A stretch of DNA of 64,000 nucleotides from Tubulanus polymorphus (GCF_964204645.1 NC_134029.1:24644534-24708533), one strand, 5' to 3'. Numbered from the stretch's first letter, positions 14,852 through 28,878 are shown. Translations and numbers: made by a program. Notes: a model not told the origin generated them from the sequence alone.

Positions 14852-14950
14852 GTAGGTTCAACTCTCTCTAATATTGCAGCTGTTTCTGGTGATTTTGTGA
14901 AGTGAGCACATGCACTAAATGTCTAAACCAAGTTGTATCACCTGATACTC

Positions 14951-15075
14951 GAGTGACAGCGATCAAGTGGGATCACTGATCGCATATACACCAGGCTGGA
15001 GTCACAGCGATCAAGTGGGATCATTGATCTCATATACACCTGTCTGGAGTGACAGCGATCACGTAGGATCACTGA
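14951..15075. repeat. 48-bp tandem repeat, ~2.6 copies
   Basis: gagtgacagcgatcaagtgggatcactgat... recurs at 14951, 14999 and 15047. Confidence 0.85.
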
Positions 15076-17485
15076 CCCGATTTGGAATTGCGGTATAACT
15101 GCACGCTCTATAGATATCTACAGGGATACCCCTTGTGTTATATATCAAATAGTTGTTTGTTTTTTTTGTCTAATAAACCACGAGGTCAATAGCGTTATTA
15201 TCGTCAGTATAGATCGCTATATTTGATATCGGTATAAACTATTGTAACCTCGTTCACCCAATAGTTTTATATATAAACAGTTTTATCATAACAGACATTT
15301 CTCGACTCGCGATCAGTAGTTTTTTCTTTGACCCTTCACATTATAGCATAGATCATTTTATCATCGCGCATAATACGGCTGCTGATATTGCGGTTAGTTT
15401 TTTGTCACAAGTTTTACCGGGCTTGTTTTTCATTTGGTTTTCATGTCTCTGGTCATTAAGGTCATGCTCACTATTTACTTCCAGATTTGTTAGTTTATGT
15501 GTATTCGGGGTAGCCCGTCTAACAGGGACACTATGAGATAAGTCAGGCTAGCGATATGCCCGCACCTCCCCCCCTGGCCGCTCGCAGTAGCGTGTTCCAA
15601 TGTTCCAATGTATGACAAACACTTGTATAGTTGAAACAGAGGTTCCCCATTCAGTATTAGGAATTGAATAAAGCGAGGTATAGAGATCATCATTACATTT
15701 AAGGGCGACTCCCATCGCAAATTGTAATGGAAACGTGACACTTTGCTATTATGATAAAAACGTAATATTTTTAAGGTCTGTAACGCACAATACTGAGAGT
15801 GCAGCACCGTCATTATCAGTATTGTCATTTTCAGCTCTGTTGACAAAAGCTAAATTTCATTCTATGCTCCACATTGCCGGGTTGTTCGCGGTTTTAACGT
15901 TGGCTTTTGTTGTCGGGAAATTCGAAAAACATTTGCGGTTGCAGGAAGCTCGATTAATTGCCGAGAATAATAACGTTTCAATCAACCAGCTGCTCGCCCC
16001 GTCTCATTGTCTAACTCACCCCATACTACGGCTTTTAACTCCGACGCGACGCGCTTTTGCCCTGAGCTAATCTCATTTACGAAAAAACCCAGCGCGTCCC
16101 TAAGAAGATAATGATATCAACAATTTAAGCGCATCTATGGTCGTTCAGATTTCCGGTATCTGCCTGTCTATATAGAACTGTGTAGAGTAGAGTTGGGGAT
16201 GTTTTGTAAAACGACGGCGTCGCCATTTAGCTGATTGCCCTGTGTTAATAAAACGATCTTCATTGTCAGTAAAACTGCGCAATGATCACGACCTTTCTTT
16301 CAGTTGAACGATGCCTTTTTATTCAACCTCTCGACAGTTTATCCTAATCCGTTAGATTTCCGGCTCTCGTTGTCGAGGTGGAATCGGGACCGCGCTCTTT
16401 TCTTCTATCTAGTAAAAGATGCCATTTGTGGCGGCGAGCCTCCTGGGATACGCGACTACATTAGGCAATTATTGTTAACCCTTTATGACATCGGCTGACA
16501 CCAGAAATCTTCATCAAACAAACCAGCGAAAATATTAAAACACAATTAGTTGTACGCGGTAAAGTGGTCGTCTTTATCATCAATAACTTAATAAGTCAAA
16601 ATCTCTCAAATGTCAAAGTCATGTCAGGCAAGTCGGTGCTCGATGTGGTCTCCCCAGAACCGAGTCATTATTCCGTTCAAAACCGGCCAAGTTGCCCCTT
16701 TATTAAAAATAACTTAATAAGAAAAACTCTCAAGATCTACTCGTCGTACGGAATAAGAGCTCTTCGGGTCGGTATCTTACTGAAGAGAAAGTAGAAAACT
16801 GTGTCGTCTACGGCTCAGTCTGATAAAAGATCCTCTCTGAGGAGGCACTCAGACCTCCCGTGCCTGGCACTGCCTCCTGTTGAAGAATTTCACATCAAAT
16901 AGATGATTATTGGGTCTAGAGTTCAGGACCCAGTTCTACCAGTTATCAATTAGAATCGACGCGTCAAAATAAGTTCATTCAACTCTATCGAGTCGATTCG
17001 TAACTCATTGCCCTCACCCTGCCCGCACTCTGTGTTCATTCATTCTTCAGACAGTCGTCACTCTGTCCTCACCCTGCCCTCACTCTCTCCTCATTCAGTC
17101 TTCTTACAGTCCCTTATGTGTGTAATGAGGAATTTCACACTAGTTTTTCGATGGCGTATTTGACACACTCACTCAGTCTTACACCAGTTATAATACAATT
17201 ATCAACAGCGAAACTCATCTTTCTTTTGAACTTTCCAGTGAATATTAATAGAGAGGGAAAGAGCTGAGGGAAAAGAGAGCAGCATGTAAGATGACTGATG
17301 TTCTATGACATTATACAATCTCAGGGGGTATCGTACTATCGCATTGCACTAATCATAGCGTACTACACGAAATTCATTTCAAAAGAGAATTTTCACATGC
17401 GTCGCCGCGACTTCCATCAATCATAGCGGCTTCTTTACTTTATCAATGATACCGTTCACTCTGTTTCTAGAAGGGTTAAGGAGAA

Positions 17486-17610
17486 CTACATGGGCACAGG
17501 ACCTCCGATTCGGCCCTACATGGGCACAGGACCTCCGATTCGGCCCTACATGGGCACAGAACCTCCGATTCGGCCCTACATGGGCACAGGACCTTCGATT
17601 CGGCCCTACA
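17486..17610. repeat. 30-bp minisatellite x4
   Basis: Unit ctacatgggcacaggacctccgattcggcc. Confidence 0.95.
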
Positions 17611-20329
17611 CGGGTATATATATTGTACTGTGAGCTTGTTCTATGTCATGGTTTGCCTGTTTTAGTTATTCAATGCCGTTTCGGAAAAAATAATTTTCAA
17701 TCTGGATTCAAATACTATATAAATCGTTTCCTGGTCCACAGTGGTATCTAATCTAAAGACTGGTCTTAAGTCGTTAGATTCGCTATCGAAATATAAGACT
17801 AATCTCAGACTAACTCTCGAATCTGCTACTGGCCTCAGGTGTCACGTGCATTGAAGCCATTACGACAAATTCGATGCATCGTTTCTAAGTGAATTTTGCC
17901 GATTCTGTGAAAATGTGTTATTTGAATATTGCTCGCCGCGTCGCCGCACAAATGAGCTGCCTTATTCCGGTGTCTGAAATTTCTGAAAATTCATCTTTTC
18001 TAAATGCGTTATACAAAGTGTAACAGCGCTTCTGGGACTGCTCCGAGTTGTCAGGTTAAGATGGAGGATGCTCCCGCCGGCTCTCCGGAGAAATTAGCTT
18101 AATGACTAATTGGAAATTGCTAGCACGTTCTAACAGCTGTGGGCCGGGCCGTAAAAAGTGTGGCCTGTCAAAAACCGACTCGACTCACAGGTGAACCGCA
18201 GAAATACCACCGATTAACAGCATTAAAACTGAACTAAAAGCAATTAGACAACTGTCGCTCGACCGACTACAGATCATCTCAGCCTCAACTGCACCAGTAC
18301 CAGCGGTAGTAGCTATACTGCTGCTGGTGCTGCTGCTGATTCCGTAGATTTCAATCTCATCTGATGATGAAATTAGGTATAAGGGGTCCTGGCACAGCTA
18401 ATTTGAGTTAACATTGAGATAACATACATTGAGACAATGCTGAGTTTATGATGTTATGTTATGTTATGTTATGTTTGCCCATGTTAGATCAATATTCAGC
18501 CCACATTAGTTCAATATTCAGCCCACATTAGCTCAATAGATGGCCCACATGAGCTCAATATTCAGCCCACATGAGCTCAATAGTTTGCCCAAATTAGCTG
18601 TACTAGATCCCTTTATGATTCACGCAATGTGACAGATCTGGGAGGGGGAGGGGGCTGGTATGTGGATCCTGATGTGATGGCAGAGTTTCTTGGTCAAAGG
18701 TTCTCCTAAACCTGTCTCTGTATTTCTGTATCATATACATGCGCTATATTTGATTATTAATGGCTGTCGTTCGTAGTTACTTTATCACAAAAGCTGATCT
18801 AAAGATAACTGATGTCGTATGACTTATATCTGAGGTCGTGACTTACTATGCAGTATTAATTATATTATCTTCCACCTTTGGCAGCATGTGGCTGAACGAT
18901 TTATCTTTGCTCCCCTCTCTCTCCCTCGCTACCGCAACCTCTAATCTGTAATGGGAATTATGAGATTTGCTGCATGTTGGAGTCGTGTTTGATAATTTCA
19001 CGTAATCAACATTGTAAGGGAAAGATACCGTGTCAAAACTGTTTTTCCCACTAAAGTATCCGCGTACAACGGCCAAGTTGTTTGTGGACAAACCTACAGC
19101 ATCACGAACAACTTGATAGCATAGATAGCCATCGGGGGCCTTCTTGAGACTGGTCTTAACTCTGCCATCGTCCAACCTTGATTTCGTGACAAATTTGTCG
19201 CTGTCAGCGCAGAATATAGGCTTCTTTACTTTTACCCAAGACCAGCGCGCGTGGAGTTTTATCCGCTTAAAAACTACCGTCATCGTATCGACACGAAATG
19301 TGCGTCAGTGGAGACGATACAGAGAGAAAGTCTTCTTCTTCTTCACGTATAGAATCATTACTAATCGTATAATTGATATAATGTATATTGTACAATGCAC
19401 AGCTTGAGACCAGGTCCAAGAGATTAACTCAGTCGCAGTAAAGCGATCAGATGATCCGTGTTAACACGCTATTGTTATAACATTAATGAGCCTTCAACTC
19501 ACGCCATTCATACTTACAATATCCCTACCCATAATCAGGGTATATCAGGCTATTTCACGTTCATCAAGGAACACGCGTCAATTTCACCTTTTTTCAACTT
19601 TTTTAGTGGGTTTTGTGCGTCCTCGAAAATGATCACAAGTGAATGAATATGAGCTTTTTTACTTGACCATTTCATTATTAAATTCGATGGTTTGATTGGA
19701 ATTGATTAATGACACGTTGGGGGGGAGGATGGGGGGTTAACTGTAAAACCAGGTTCAAGTAAGTGGCTTGAAAAGGCCGCTGCGATATAGACGTACACAA
19801 AAAATGATTAAATTCTGGTCAAATTAAACGGTATTTTGTATGAAGGTTATACTTGACATTAAAACCACGCTGAGCTCTACACACTCCACAGACTCTACTG
19901 TAATAATGGATTCTGACTTATGTAAGTTGTATAGTAACCGCCTTGATATGAGTCAAGTATATTTTACTCCAAGGAATTACTGAGTCAAGGGGTTTGAACC
20001 TAGACATTCGTGTTATTATTTTCTGTTTCTGTTTAGTGTTATAATGTGTGACATCGTGTTGATGGTGGTTGCATTAGCAATATATTGATAACCATTGATG
20101 AAACAACACCGTCTTCTAAAGATGATGCTGTAGAATCTCTACACGTTAACAATAATTAGAGTCCGAAATGTTCCTTTGAACTGATATCTATTCGACGTTA
20201 CGACTACATCGTCTAATAGTATTCCTGTTGATAACTGTGATAGAACACGCTTTAAAATAAACGGTTAATTGATTGGACACTGATAATAAAAAAGCCCAAA
20301 AAAACTACTTCAGTTGTAACGAAATCTAA

Positions 20330-20496
20330 AGATGCAGTCAAGATGGCTGCCATACTGCCCGTGACTTTACAAGATCGCAGCCAGCACGGTGTCACCGGTA
20401 ACCCTAACCCTAGGTGAGCCGTAACCCTAACCCTAGATTCGAACCCGGGTCTCGAGAGTGCCAGCCGAGCTTGCTAACCACTAGACCACTGAGCTC
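20330..20496 (-). mobile_element. tRNA-derived SINE-like element (head interrupted by telomeric repeats)
   Basis: Minus strand has A-box TGGTCTAGTGG and B-box GGTTCGAATC at tRNA spacing. The anticodon and acceptor stems do not pair, so this is not a functional tRNA. Confidence 0.6.
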
Positions 20497-20523
20497 TAGT
20501 GTCCGGTCAGTGTGATGACATCG

Positions 20524-20819
20524 TGGTGACCAGTGACCAGTCAGGTGTGGTCGACTGATGACCAGTCAGGTGTGGTGACCAGTGACCAGTCAGGTGTGGT
20601 GACCAGTGACTAGTCAGGTGTGGTCGACTGATGACCAGTCAGGTGTGGTGACCAGTGACTAGTCAGGTGTGGTGACCAGTGACTAGTCAGGTGTGGTCGA
20701 CTGATGACCAGTCAGGTGTGGTGACCAGTGACCAGTCAGGTGTGGTGACCAGTGACTAGTCAGGTTCGGTGACCAGTGACTAGTCAGGTGTGGTGACCAG
20801 TGACTAGTCAGGTGTGGTC
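20524..20819. repeat. 24/25-bp minisatellite ~12 copies
   Basis: Units gtggtgaccagtgac(c/t)agtcaggt and the variant gtggtcgactgatgaccagtcaggt. Confidence 0.95.
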
Positions 20820-21275
20820 ACTCCATTCACTAACAATAAAACTACCATCATTCTTTGATTACTATTGTTTCAAATACGCAATGATTTAGAGGTAAACAGA
20901 AATTGTGTGATAATTTTACAGATGTCATTAAGATTGTTGTGGGTGAGTTTAAATTTGTAGTTAGAAATTGCTCTACGTTTTGTTTTCAGCCGCAACATCC
21001 AATTAACACCCCCCCCCCCTTCCCCCAGCAGAACCAAGCCCCAAAAACCCCAATCGTCAATATAATAGTGAATTACCTGAATTGAGCAACTGATCATTGA
21101 CTTAAAACCAAGTTTGGAAAGACCTCATGCTAACAGTTTCTATTCAGCTTCAAGCTTCTTAGAAATACCATTAGAGAGTGTTTTTCTTTTATGAGTTTCT
21201 GCCACAGTTTGAACTAATCTTTTAGAATTAGTTTGGAAAGGGTATCAGTTACACATTTCCTTTTACAGTTTCATA

Positions 21276-21456
21276 ATCCACCCCGAGACTGTGCTATCCA
21301 CCCCGAGACTGTGCTATCCACCCCGAAATTGTGCTATCCACCCTGAGACTGTGCTATCCACCCCCAGACTGTGCTATCCACCCTGAGACTGTGCTATCCA
21401 CCCCCAGACTGTGCTATCCACCCTGAGACTGTGCTATTCACCCGAATGCTATCCAC
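21276..21456. repeat. 20-bp minisatellite ~9 copies
   Basis: Unit atccaccc(c/t)gagactgtgct. Confidence 0.95.
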
Positions 21457-21778
21457 TGTAGCATGGCTGTTTTTTATGAAATGGAAAACTCGTCTGTACT
21501 ATAATGACGAAACGTCATTGACCGGTATTTAGTTTTCCAATGAATGAATAACATAACATCATGAACCGTCGATTTCATACTGGAAACTAAGCCGTCTGAG
21601 ATGATGTCGGATTTTCGATGAAATTCTTCTCTTTATCGCGTCACGGGTCAAAAGATTGTATGCAATCAAAAAGGTTTATCAGTCGGGCTAAGAGTTCCTG
21701 ACATAGAGCTTTATAGATTATGCCCCGAAGCTTAACCGTATCAAACATCGCTAAAAGCAAAGAAACACCATTTTAATG

Positions 21779-21817
<39 letters not shown>

Positions 21818-23005
21818 ACTGGTAAAAATCGAATGTTAGTTGATATATTTTAGATGAAAGCGTGTTTAGTGTGTTTTGAGTGCATTTGAAAAATTTAATG
21901 TTAAAATGCTTATTCGCTTTGAGTAGATGGAATTAGAGCCACGAACTCAGTCACACATTTCTCAAAAACGATTTCATGTTCCATATATTTATTGACCGGT
22001 GTTTTGTGTTAAAGTGGTTGGCGTCTGGGGTTTACGTTATGGTTTACACGGGGCTTAGCGGTTTATTGCAAAATTGACAACTACAATCCTCGCGAGGAAG
22101 ATACCACTAAAAACAGGAGCTTGATCACCACGGCTTAGATCGATATGAACGTGATAAAAACCCGGGGCTAATACCAACGGACCAACGGAGAATATTAGAA
22201 TTTAAATTGGGTAGAGTGATCGTGAGACCATGTGGGAACAATAGCCGACTATCAGTACGTGTCACGGGTAAGGTTGCCCTCGTAGACCTAACTGTCGTTA
22301 ATAAAACAATAAACCACCAGGGATCACGACATATCGCTGCTTTAATTGACATCAGAATCAAACGAAATGATTTATAATAAAGTTATGACAAGTTTATACG
22401 CAGAAATAGCAGGTATTCTTTAAACCCGGAGGCTCAAAGGCTCGATGGGTTTTAGAATGAACACATGCTCTTAGATTGTTTTATTAGCCATAAATCTTGA
22501 CGCGTTGTACCACACGTCTACCACCAATCTCTGTTATTTTGACCCGTTTGACAATTAGTGGTAAATTTGGTCAAAAGCGACTGTTTCTATTTGTGTAACA
22601 GTAAAACGAGTCACGTGTTTGTAATTAGTTGATATCAAAATCCGCACTTAGCGAATATTTGACATCTCTATTGAAGTAGATCGGGGCACCAAGGGAAAGG
22701 GGTTTTAGATAATACAGACTCTAGCGTTTGTTGGGGTCTCTCCAGCCAAAGTAGGTTCTTTAAAACTTTCATTTCAATTTCCTCGATTCTATTAATAGCA
22801 CGAGAAAAACGAAATAAAGGTAACTTGATATAAATGCAGTGGGTTAGTAGAGTTATAGACCCTGCATGTGCCACAGTATTACAATAAGAATATCTAAGAG
22901 CTAAAAACGGTTGAGTTTGAATTGTTGACAAACGTGACGCAACAGCAATTTCAGGTTGACTATTCCGTTCAGTGATATTTCATTAATTTGAATTGAATAT
23001 TTCAG

Positions 23006-23162
23006 GATGTCGGTTTATCCTCGGATTTCGATTCTGACGATGAGGACGAAGAAGTCGAGAATTGTAAAGAGATCGTTGATTACCCGGTTATAAAACGAGA
23101 GAAAACTTCAATATCATTGGCTGAGTTTTACGCGCCAACTCCACAACCGACTGATAGAACAG
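23006..23162 (+). CDS. RCC1-repeat protein, acidic exon D
   Basis: tatttcag| and |gtaaat; 157 bp, phase 0-1. Encodes DVGLSSDFDSDDEDEEVENCKEIVDYPVIKREKTSISLAEFYAPTPQPTDRT. Confidence 0.8.
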
Positions 23163-24182
23163 GTAAATACACACACTCCTAGTCCGCGTGGTCCGCGTGT
23201 GCTTGAGATCCCGATAGTCATCTTCGGGAATACTAGATGATATGTAAAATATATCAAAAGTTTTGGAATCCCTAGGACAACTCGATTACTAGATGTGTAA
23301 CATATTGTTAACTCAAGGAAACATTTCGCACTTCTTTTATTCATAGTTTTGGATTTATAGATAAAAGTAAATCAGTACATTTTAAAACTGTAGAAAGTAC
23401 ATCAAATTAATCTATATATGAACAAAATCCACTATGAATATACTTTGATAAAAGGGAATCAAAAAGATTGAATCCATTATCAAAATTAGCCAGAGATATC
23501 ATTTTCAATCGCGAGACCTAATCCATCAGATCAGTCCGCTTGCATTTATAAAAGTCACTCTGTATATATATAAATATACTTCATTAAATTCAAAGTGTAA
23601 GTTTTTAAATTACATAGCAGTAAGCCCTGCAGGTATACTTAAACCTCACCTTCAGGCGACATTACAGGGTTGTGATATTATGTAGCTTTTGCTATTGTTA
23701 AAGTATTGTATTTAAAAGGTTTTATCGGATAGAAATATCTCGAATACAATACAATCAATTTATTGTCTGAAATATGAGGTGCGGTGATGTTACTGAGTTT
23801 CCTTCAACACCAGTTTCATTGCTTTGTTTCGTTTGGAAAAAAAATCTTCTAAACCGTCAATAATTTCATGTAAATTTGATTCAAAATGTTTAATCAATCA
23901 TGATAGGTAAAAATGAAGTACATCGTTTCTAGAAGCGTGGATGATCACAATCTGTACAGCTGTGAGCTTTCGAGTTGTTTCACTAATTCACGATTTCTAA
24001 TGCATACAATTCACTGTGTGACGCTTTGCAGCGAAAAGAGATGCATCAATCATAAGATTCGAATCACTTCTTCAATAGATATCAACCAGAAAATACCGTG
24101 CAAAACACTGACGACTCAGATATCAACATTCACGCGACAATTATGACAGAAGTTTGAACACCAGTTTGTCAACAGTCACCAC

Positions 24183-24486
24183 TCTCTCCTCTCTACTCTC
24201 TCCTCTCTCTCCTCTCTCTCCTCTCTCCTCTCTCTCCTCTCTCCTCTCTCCTCTCTCCTCTCTCTCCCCTCTCCCCTCTCCCCTCTCCCCTCTCTCTCCT
24301 CTCTCCTCTCTCCTCTCTCCTCTCTCCTCTCTCCTCTCCTCTCCTCTCCTCTCTCCTCTCCTCTCCTCTCTCCTCTCCTCTCCCCTCTCTCCTTTCCTCT
24401 CTCCTCACCTCTCCCCTCACCTCTCCCCTCTCCCCTCTCCTTTCTCCCCTCCCTCTCCCCTCTCCCCTCTCCCCTCTCCCCTCTCT
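24183..24486. repeat. Polypyrimidine compound microsatellite
   Basis: About 300 bp C/T tract of the same type and strand as 349-660. Confidence 0.95.
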
Positions 24487-24957
24487 GGTCTCGCTGGTAT
24501 CTCACTCCGCCGGTTGGTTTTCTGGTGCAATTCCCAAAACGGCTGTAAAAATAAACCACAAATTATCGTATAATTATGACCGGTTATAACCAGCACACAA
24601 CATGCAGCTCAAACTGATTAGCTGCTAAATTATATTAAAAATGAATAATTGATATTATTGTATTATTGGCCGAGATCGTAAAATTCTGTTTATTTTTACG
24701 GCTATTAATCGGCGTATGAACAGACTATGGGTTTAATATTGACGAGTTAATTGTGTTTTAGGTAGAAGCTCCGGTTGCATGCCGTTTCCTAATTGGACGG
24801 TCTACCGGGTACTGTAATGACCCAGTAGACCAACCTACACCAGACTACCAGGCATTAAGTCTATTTCCAATGGAGTTGAATCACGAACCACCACCTCTCT
24901 CATTCTATTTAAACTCACTTTTGATTATATCAAAAATCTGACACGAAGAATGAAAAA

Positions 24958-25141
24958 GAGCTAGTGTAGTTTATTCGACGTTTCGACTTTATCCTAATAG
25001 TCATCTTCAGGAATACTGTATTCCTTGAACTATTGTAGTTTATTCGATGTTTCGACTATATCCTTATAGTCATCGATAGTTAGTATTCCTGAAGATAACT
25101 ATCAAGATAAAGTTGAAACATCGAATTAATTACACTAGCTC
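24958..25141. mobile_element. Second PLE-type inverted repeat with hammerhead motifs
   Basis: gagctagtgtag...tacactagctc inverted arms; three partial or complete copies of the same ~60-bp unit; related fragment at 23214-23236. Confidence 0.7.
24972..25015 (-). ncRNA. Minimal type I hammerhead ribozyme motif
   Basis: Minus strand reads TATTC-CTGAAGA-T-GACT(attaggataa)AGTC-GAAA-C-GTC-GAATA: intact core, GUC cleavage triplet and 5-bp stem I. Confidence 0.75.
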
Positions 25142-27003
25142 AAGGAATCATCTTTGATTTTTAAGTGCGGATTTAGTTTTTGTTATCCTAACAACAAGAA
25201 CAGAGCGTTTCATCAATGAATTTTACCTGTGAATTTCCACACGTTTTCCACGATACGACACTAATATAATACATCATAATACACAGTGTGAAACAGTACA
25301 TATAGTTTTTAAACCTATTGTTGATGTTTTGAAGTGTCGAAGCTCAATTTGTGACTTTAAAATCGTATACTAATGACATATGTTCAACTTGAACACGAGA
25401 TTTGGGTTCGAATTACTCGAACTCATCAGTTTCACCACGTGTGACCTGATAATATGACCTCAAGGACCGCGGTGTGTGTGTCTGTTCGGGTTCTACTTCA
25501 ACTAAAACCCGCCGTGACGAATTGACAATCATTAATCATAAAAAACCAAGGATGAATTCGTTTTCGAATCCTTCACCAGTCTAAATTCAAACAGGGAATG
25601 GTGGATCCTTCAGCAGTCCATTGAAATATGGGGGATCCTACACTAAATGAAAATAAATCCTGCACGTAATTTGATGAATAAAATGAAAGACTGGCCCGTT
25701 GGCTCTCGTATGTCTGCCCGCTCGTATAGTTTTTACATCAGCTATATGACAAGCTGTTGTAAGGTAGCTGAACACGACGTCACACGCGCTGTTTTAGAAA
25801 TACAAGCTGTGTTGTGTAATACTATATCATATATATGAATCGGTAACATATAAAATCATGAAATTTGATACGATTAAAAACAAACTTTGTGATCGTGGTT
25901 CTTACTCCTTGTCATAATATTCACCGTAGATTAGATATTGTTCAGTTTTACTATAGACGACCTTATATTTGACCCATTGTCTATTCTTTATCTCACACTT
26001 CAGCTGGCCAGGGGTCAACACCAGCGGGTGAACGATGAAAAAAACATTCTCGTCAGTGTGTTTTTTGACAAATAAAAACCCGCAGAATTCAGAGAGAGTT
26101 CAATAAAACGAGTTGTATTTATCGATTAGATTTACATATGAGATAATGTGGCTACTATTGATATTCATAGAAACTGTGGACGTTTTAAAAAAAACTCGCT
26201 CGGTTTTATTCGTATATCTAAAGCCAGACACAATTCTCCAGGAATTGTATAGCTAGACAAAAATATACTAATTCTTGTGTACATTTCACCTCGAGCGCAT
26301 TTAGATTTTTTTCTTGTGTCGAAAAACGAAAAAAAAGTTTCGTTTCTTGTGTAGAAATTTATTAAGCTTGAATATTTTCGTGAATTGAAAACCGTCATTC
26401 GTGCGATTATTCACTAAATCCTGTTTAACAATAATACGTCGAATAAAGCCTCCCCCCTAAATTTGATTAATTTTCAAATATATTTCGTGATCGTTAGGCG
26501 ATATCTATGTAAATCTGCAGCAGTTTGAATCAGATTATAGCGAAATTTGCTTCATATAAATGTTTATATCTACATATAAATCATCCGGGTATAGTGAGTT
26601 GGTTTAATACCACTATCGTAATCCATCAAACGCCAAACGGATTAAAGTTTGTCTTTTATTCAGTTCATTTCTGATGGTTATAATCCTAGAAAGTGAAACT
26701 AAAATCGAAACTTAAGATACGTGGCTTAAATCGTGGTTTGGATGTGAGTAAGGTGGTACAGACTTGATTTTGAGATATGCTCTGATATAGGCTTCAGGTT
26801 ACCATGCAGGGCCCAGTTTTACAAAACGATCAACTCCTTAACTGATTCTAAAACTGATTCTAGCCCGAGCTAAGTTAGATCAGCGAAGAAATCGATTTAT
26901 GAGTGAAAGTCAACTGTAGGTCTTGGTATCATGTGACTTGTGGCAGGTTATGGTTGTCTGGTAGTACACAATATACCCGCTTACTGGGCTCTATATAGAG
27001 CTG

Positions 27004-27307
27004 CTTGGTTCTATGCTTGGCTCACTGGGCTCACTGGGCTCACTGGTTCTATGCTTGGCTCACTGGGCTCACTGGGCTTCATGCTGGGCTAACTGGGCTT
27101 ACTGGCTCCACGCTTGACTCACTGGTCTCTATGCTTGGCTCACTGGTCTCTGCGCTGGGCTCACTGAGCTCTATGCTTGGCTCACTGGCTCTATGCTTGG
27201 CTCACTGGGCTTCATGCTGGGCTAACTGGGCTCACTGGCTCTATGCTTGGCACACTGGACTCCAGGCTTGGCTCACTGGTCTCTAGGCTTGGTTCACTGG
27301 GCTCTAT
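27004..27307. repeat. Degenerate ctcactgggct/ctatgcttgg minisatellite
   Basis: Interleaved 9- and ~21-bp units. Confidence 0.85.
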
Positions 27308-27903
27308 GGGCATTCTGGGGTGACCGAGTTCTATGGGATGACCAGCTTGACATCACCTCCTGAAGACCCTGACAATACGGGGTCATTTAGTAATAATTTC
27401 TATTCGGTTATTTGTAGTGTATAAGGGGGTTAGTGGGTATAGTTTGATGATTGTACGCGGTCAAGTGTAATAACGGTATTTATGAGTTTTTTATTGGGGT
27501 GACGACCCTTTTCATATTGTAAAACATCTCCAGAAAGAAGTGTTAAGTTGAACTGTCATTTCGTGATGTCACATCCCGAATACTTCATTCATCCCGATTC
27601 AAATTGGTTTTATTATAGTTTTACAATACGGGAGTTTATGGTTTTATTGCCCTATGACCATCTTGTATTATGAGCATTGATAATAAGTGAAGATCCATTC
27701 ACTGCTCTCTGTGTCTGCGTCGGATGAAAAGTTCTTTTTTGATTTCCGAGTTTCATAAATTTGATGGATGTATTATAAAAGTCAGTGTAGTTTGAATGTG
27801 GCTGAGCCTCTCAACATCAAATGATTAGCCCGAGCTCTTTCTAAGTGTACTTCAAATTGGCGCCCACCTTTGCATTAGTCATGTCTTTAAATCTGTTTTT
27901 TAG

Positions 27904-28517
27904 GAATGGTTTTTAGCCCGGACGTCATGCAGCGAGAGGCGAGTCCCGGAACGGCGAGATGCGACTCGCCTAAATTATCCGATCCCGTATCGCACGAGGA
28001 GGAACTAATAACTTCAAACTGGCAAACTCCTGTTGAGAACGATAAACTGGAGGATCCGATCACAGATAATGATGATACGAACTGTACTGGTGAAGAGAAC
28101 ACAAACGATGATGAACAATGTCCTATAACAGACAGTAAAAATTCTGCGGCCTCTGCTACAGTAACCAGTGATATTCCATATTCACTAAACCGCCGTAAGA
28201 ATTCTATAACCGCGATCAGTCGCACTAAATCTAGAAGCAAATCTCGCCAGGAGAAATTCAGCGTTTCAACTCGAGATATTGAATCTCCGTACTGTTCGGT
28301 GAACAGTATCGGGTTCGTGCCGGTTGATGCGTTGAATACGAGACCCTCGCTTACCCCGGTCGTGCGTGTCGACCATTCACAACCTGAAGACTCAACTGCA
28401 CCTCGAGTTGTATCATCGATGTTAAAACCGGGTCGAATCCTGAAACTACAAAGACACAACACGTGGGCTGCACCGAACAACATGAGCGGAGAAACTAACA
28501 ATTTCTATAATAGGATG
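27904..28517 (+). CDS. RCC1-repeat protein, exon E (disordered S/T/D/E-rich)
   Basis: tgttttttag| and ATG|gtaaga; 614 bp, phase 1-0. Coincides with ORF 27906..28541. Confidence 0.85.
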
Positions 28518-28878
28518 GTAAGATTATCAACTACTGAATAATATATTTCTATATGTTTTATAACGTGTTTACGAGACCCATCAGTCTAGAGAAGTAAATC
28601 CTATAGACAACAAGTTTTAGTTGTTAATAATTAGTATCAAGCCATCTCTCAAACCCCAATCACACTGTGTCCGATTCTGTAGTTGGTTCATTCTTAGGCT
28701 TATAGAGATCAATATGTTCTCTAATTTCATGTTCATATCGCCAATGGATAAATACCTGGGAAAAAAGTTATTCAATAATGAAAATCAGTTTTCTATGTTA
28801 CTAAATCCGTTAAACCTGTTAGAAATTATCTCTGGTAGTTCCTGGTATATAGGGCCCTGCAAATTAAATATTTGTGTA

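Noticed and set aside
18846-19283. 145-aa minus-strand ORF
   Set aside because: No recognisable domain or splice partners; lies antisense within an intron.
20436-20496. Functional tRNA gene
   Set aside because: The anticodon and acceptor stems do not pair and the T-arm is interrupted; treated as a SINE head.
25400-25432. Minus-strand CTGATGA followed by hairpin GTTCGA/TCGAAC as a hammerhead
   Set aside because: Followed by CCAAA rather than GAAA, with no stem I or III.
27887-28501. 204-aa minus-strand ORF
   Set aside because: Antisense shadow of exon E; no recognisable motif.
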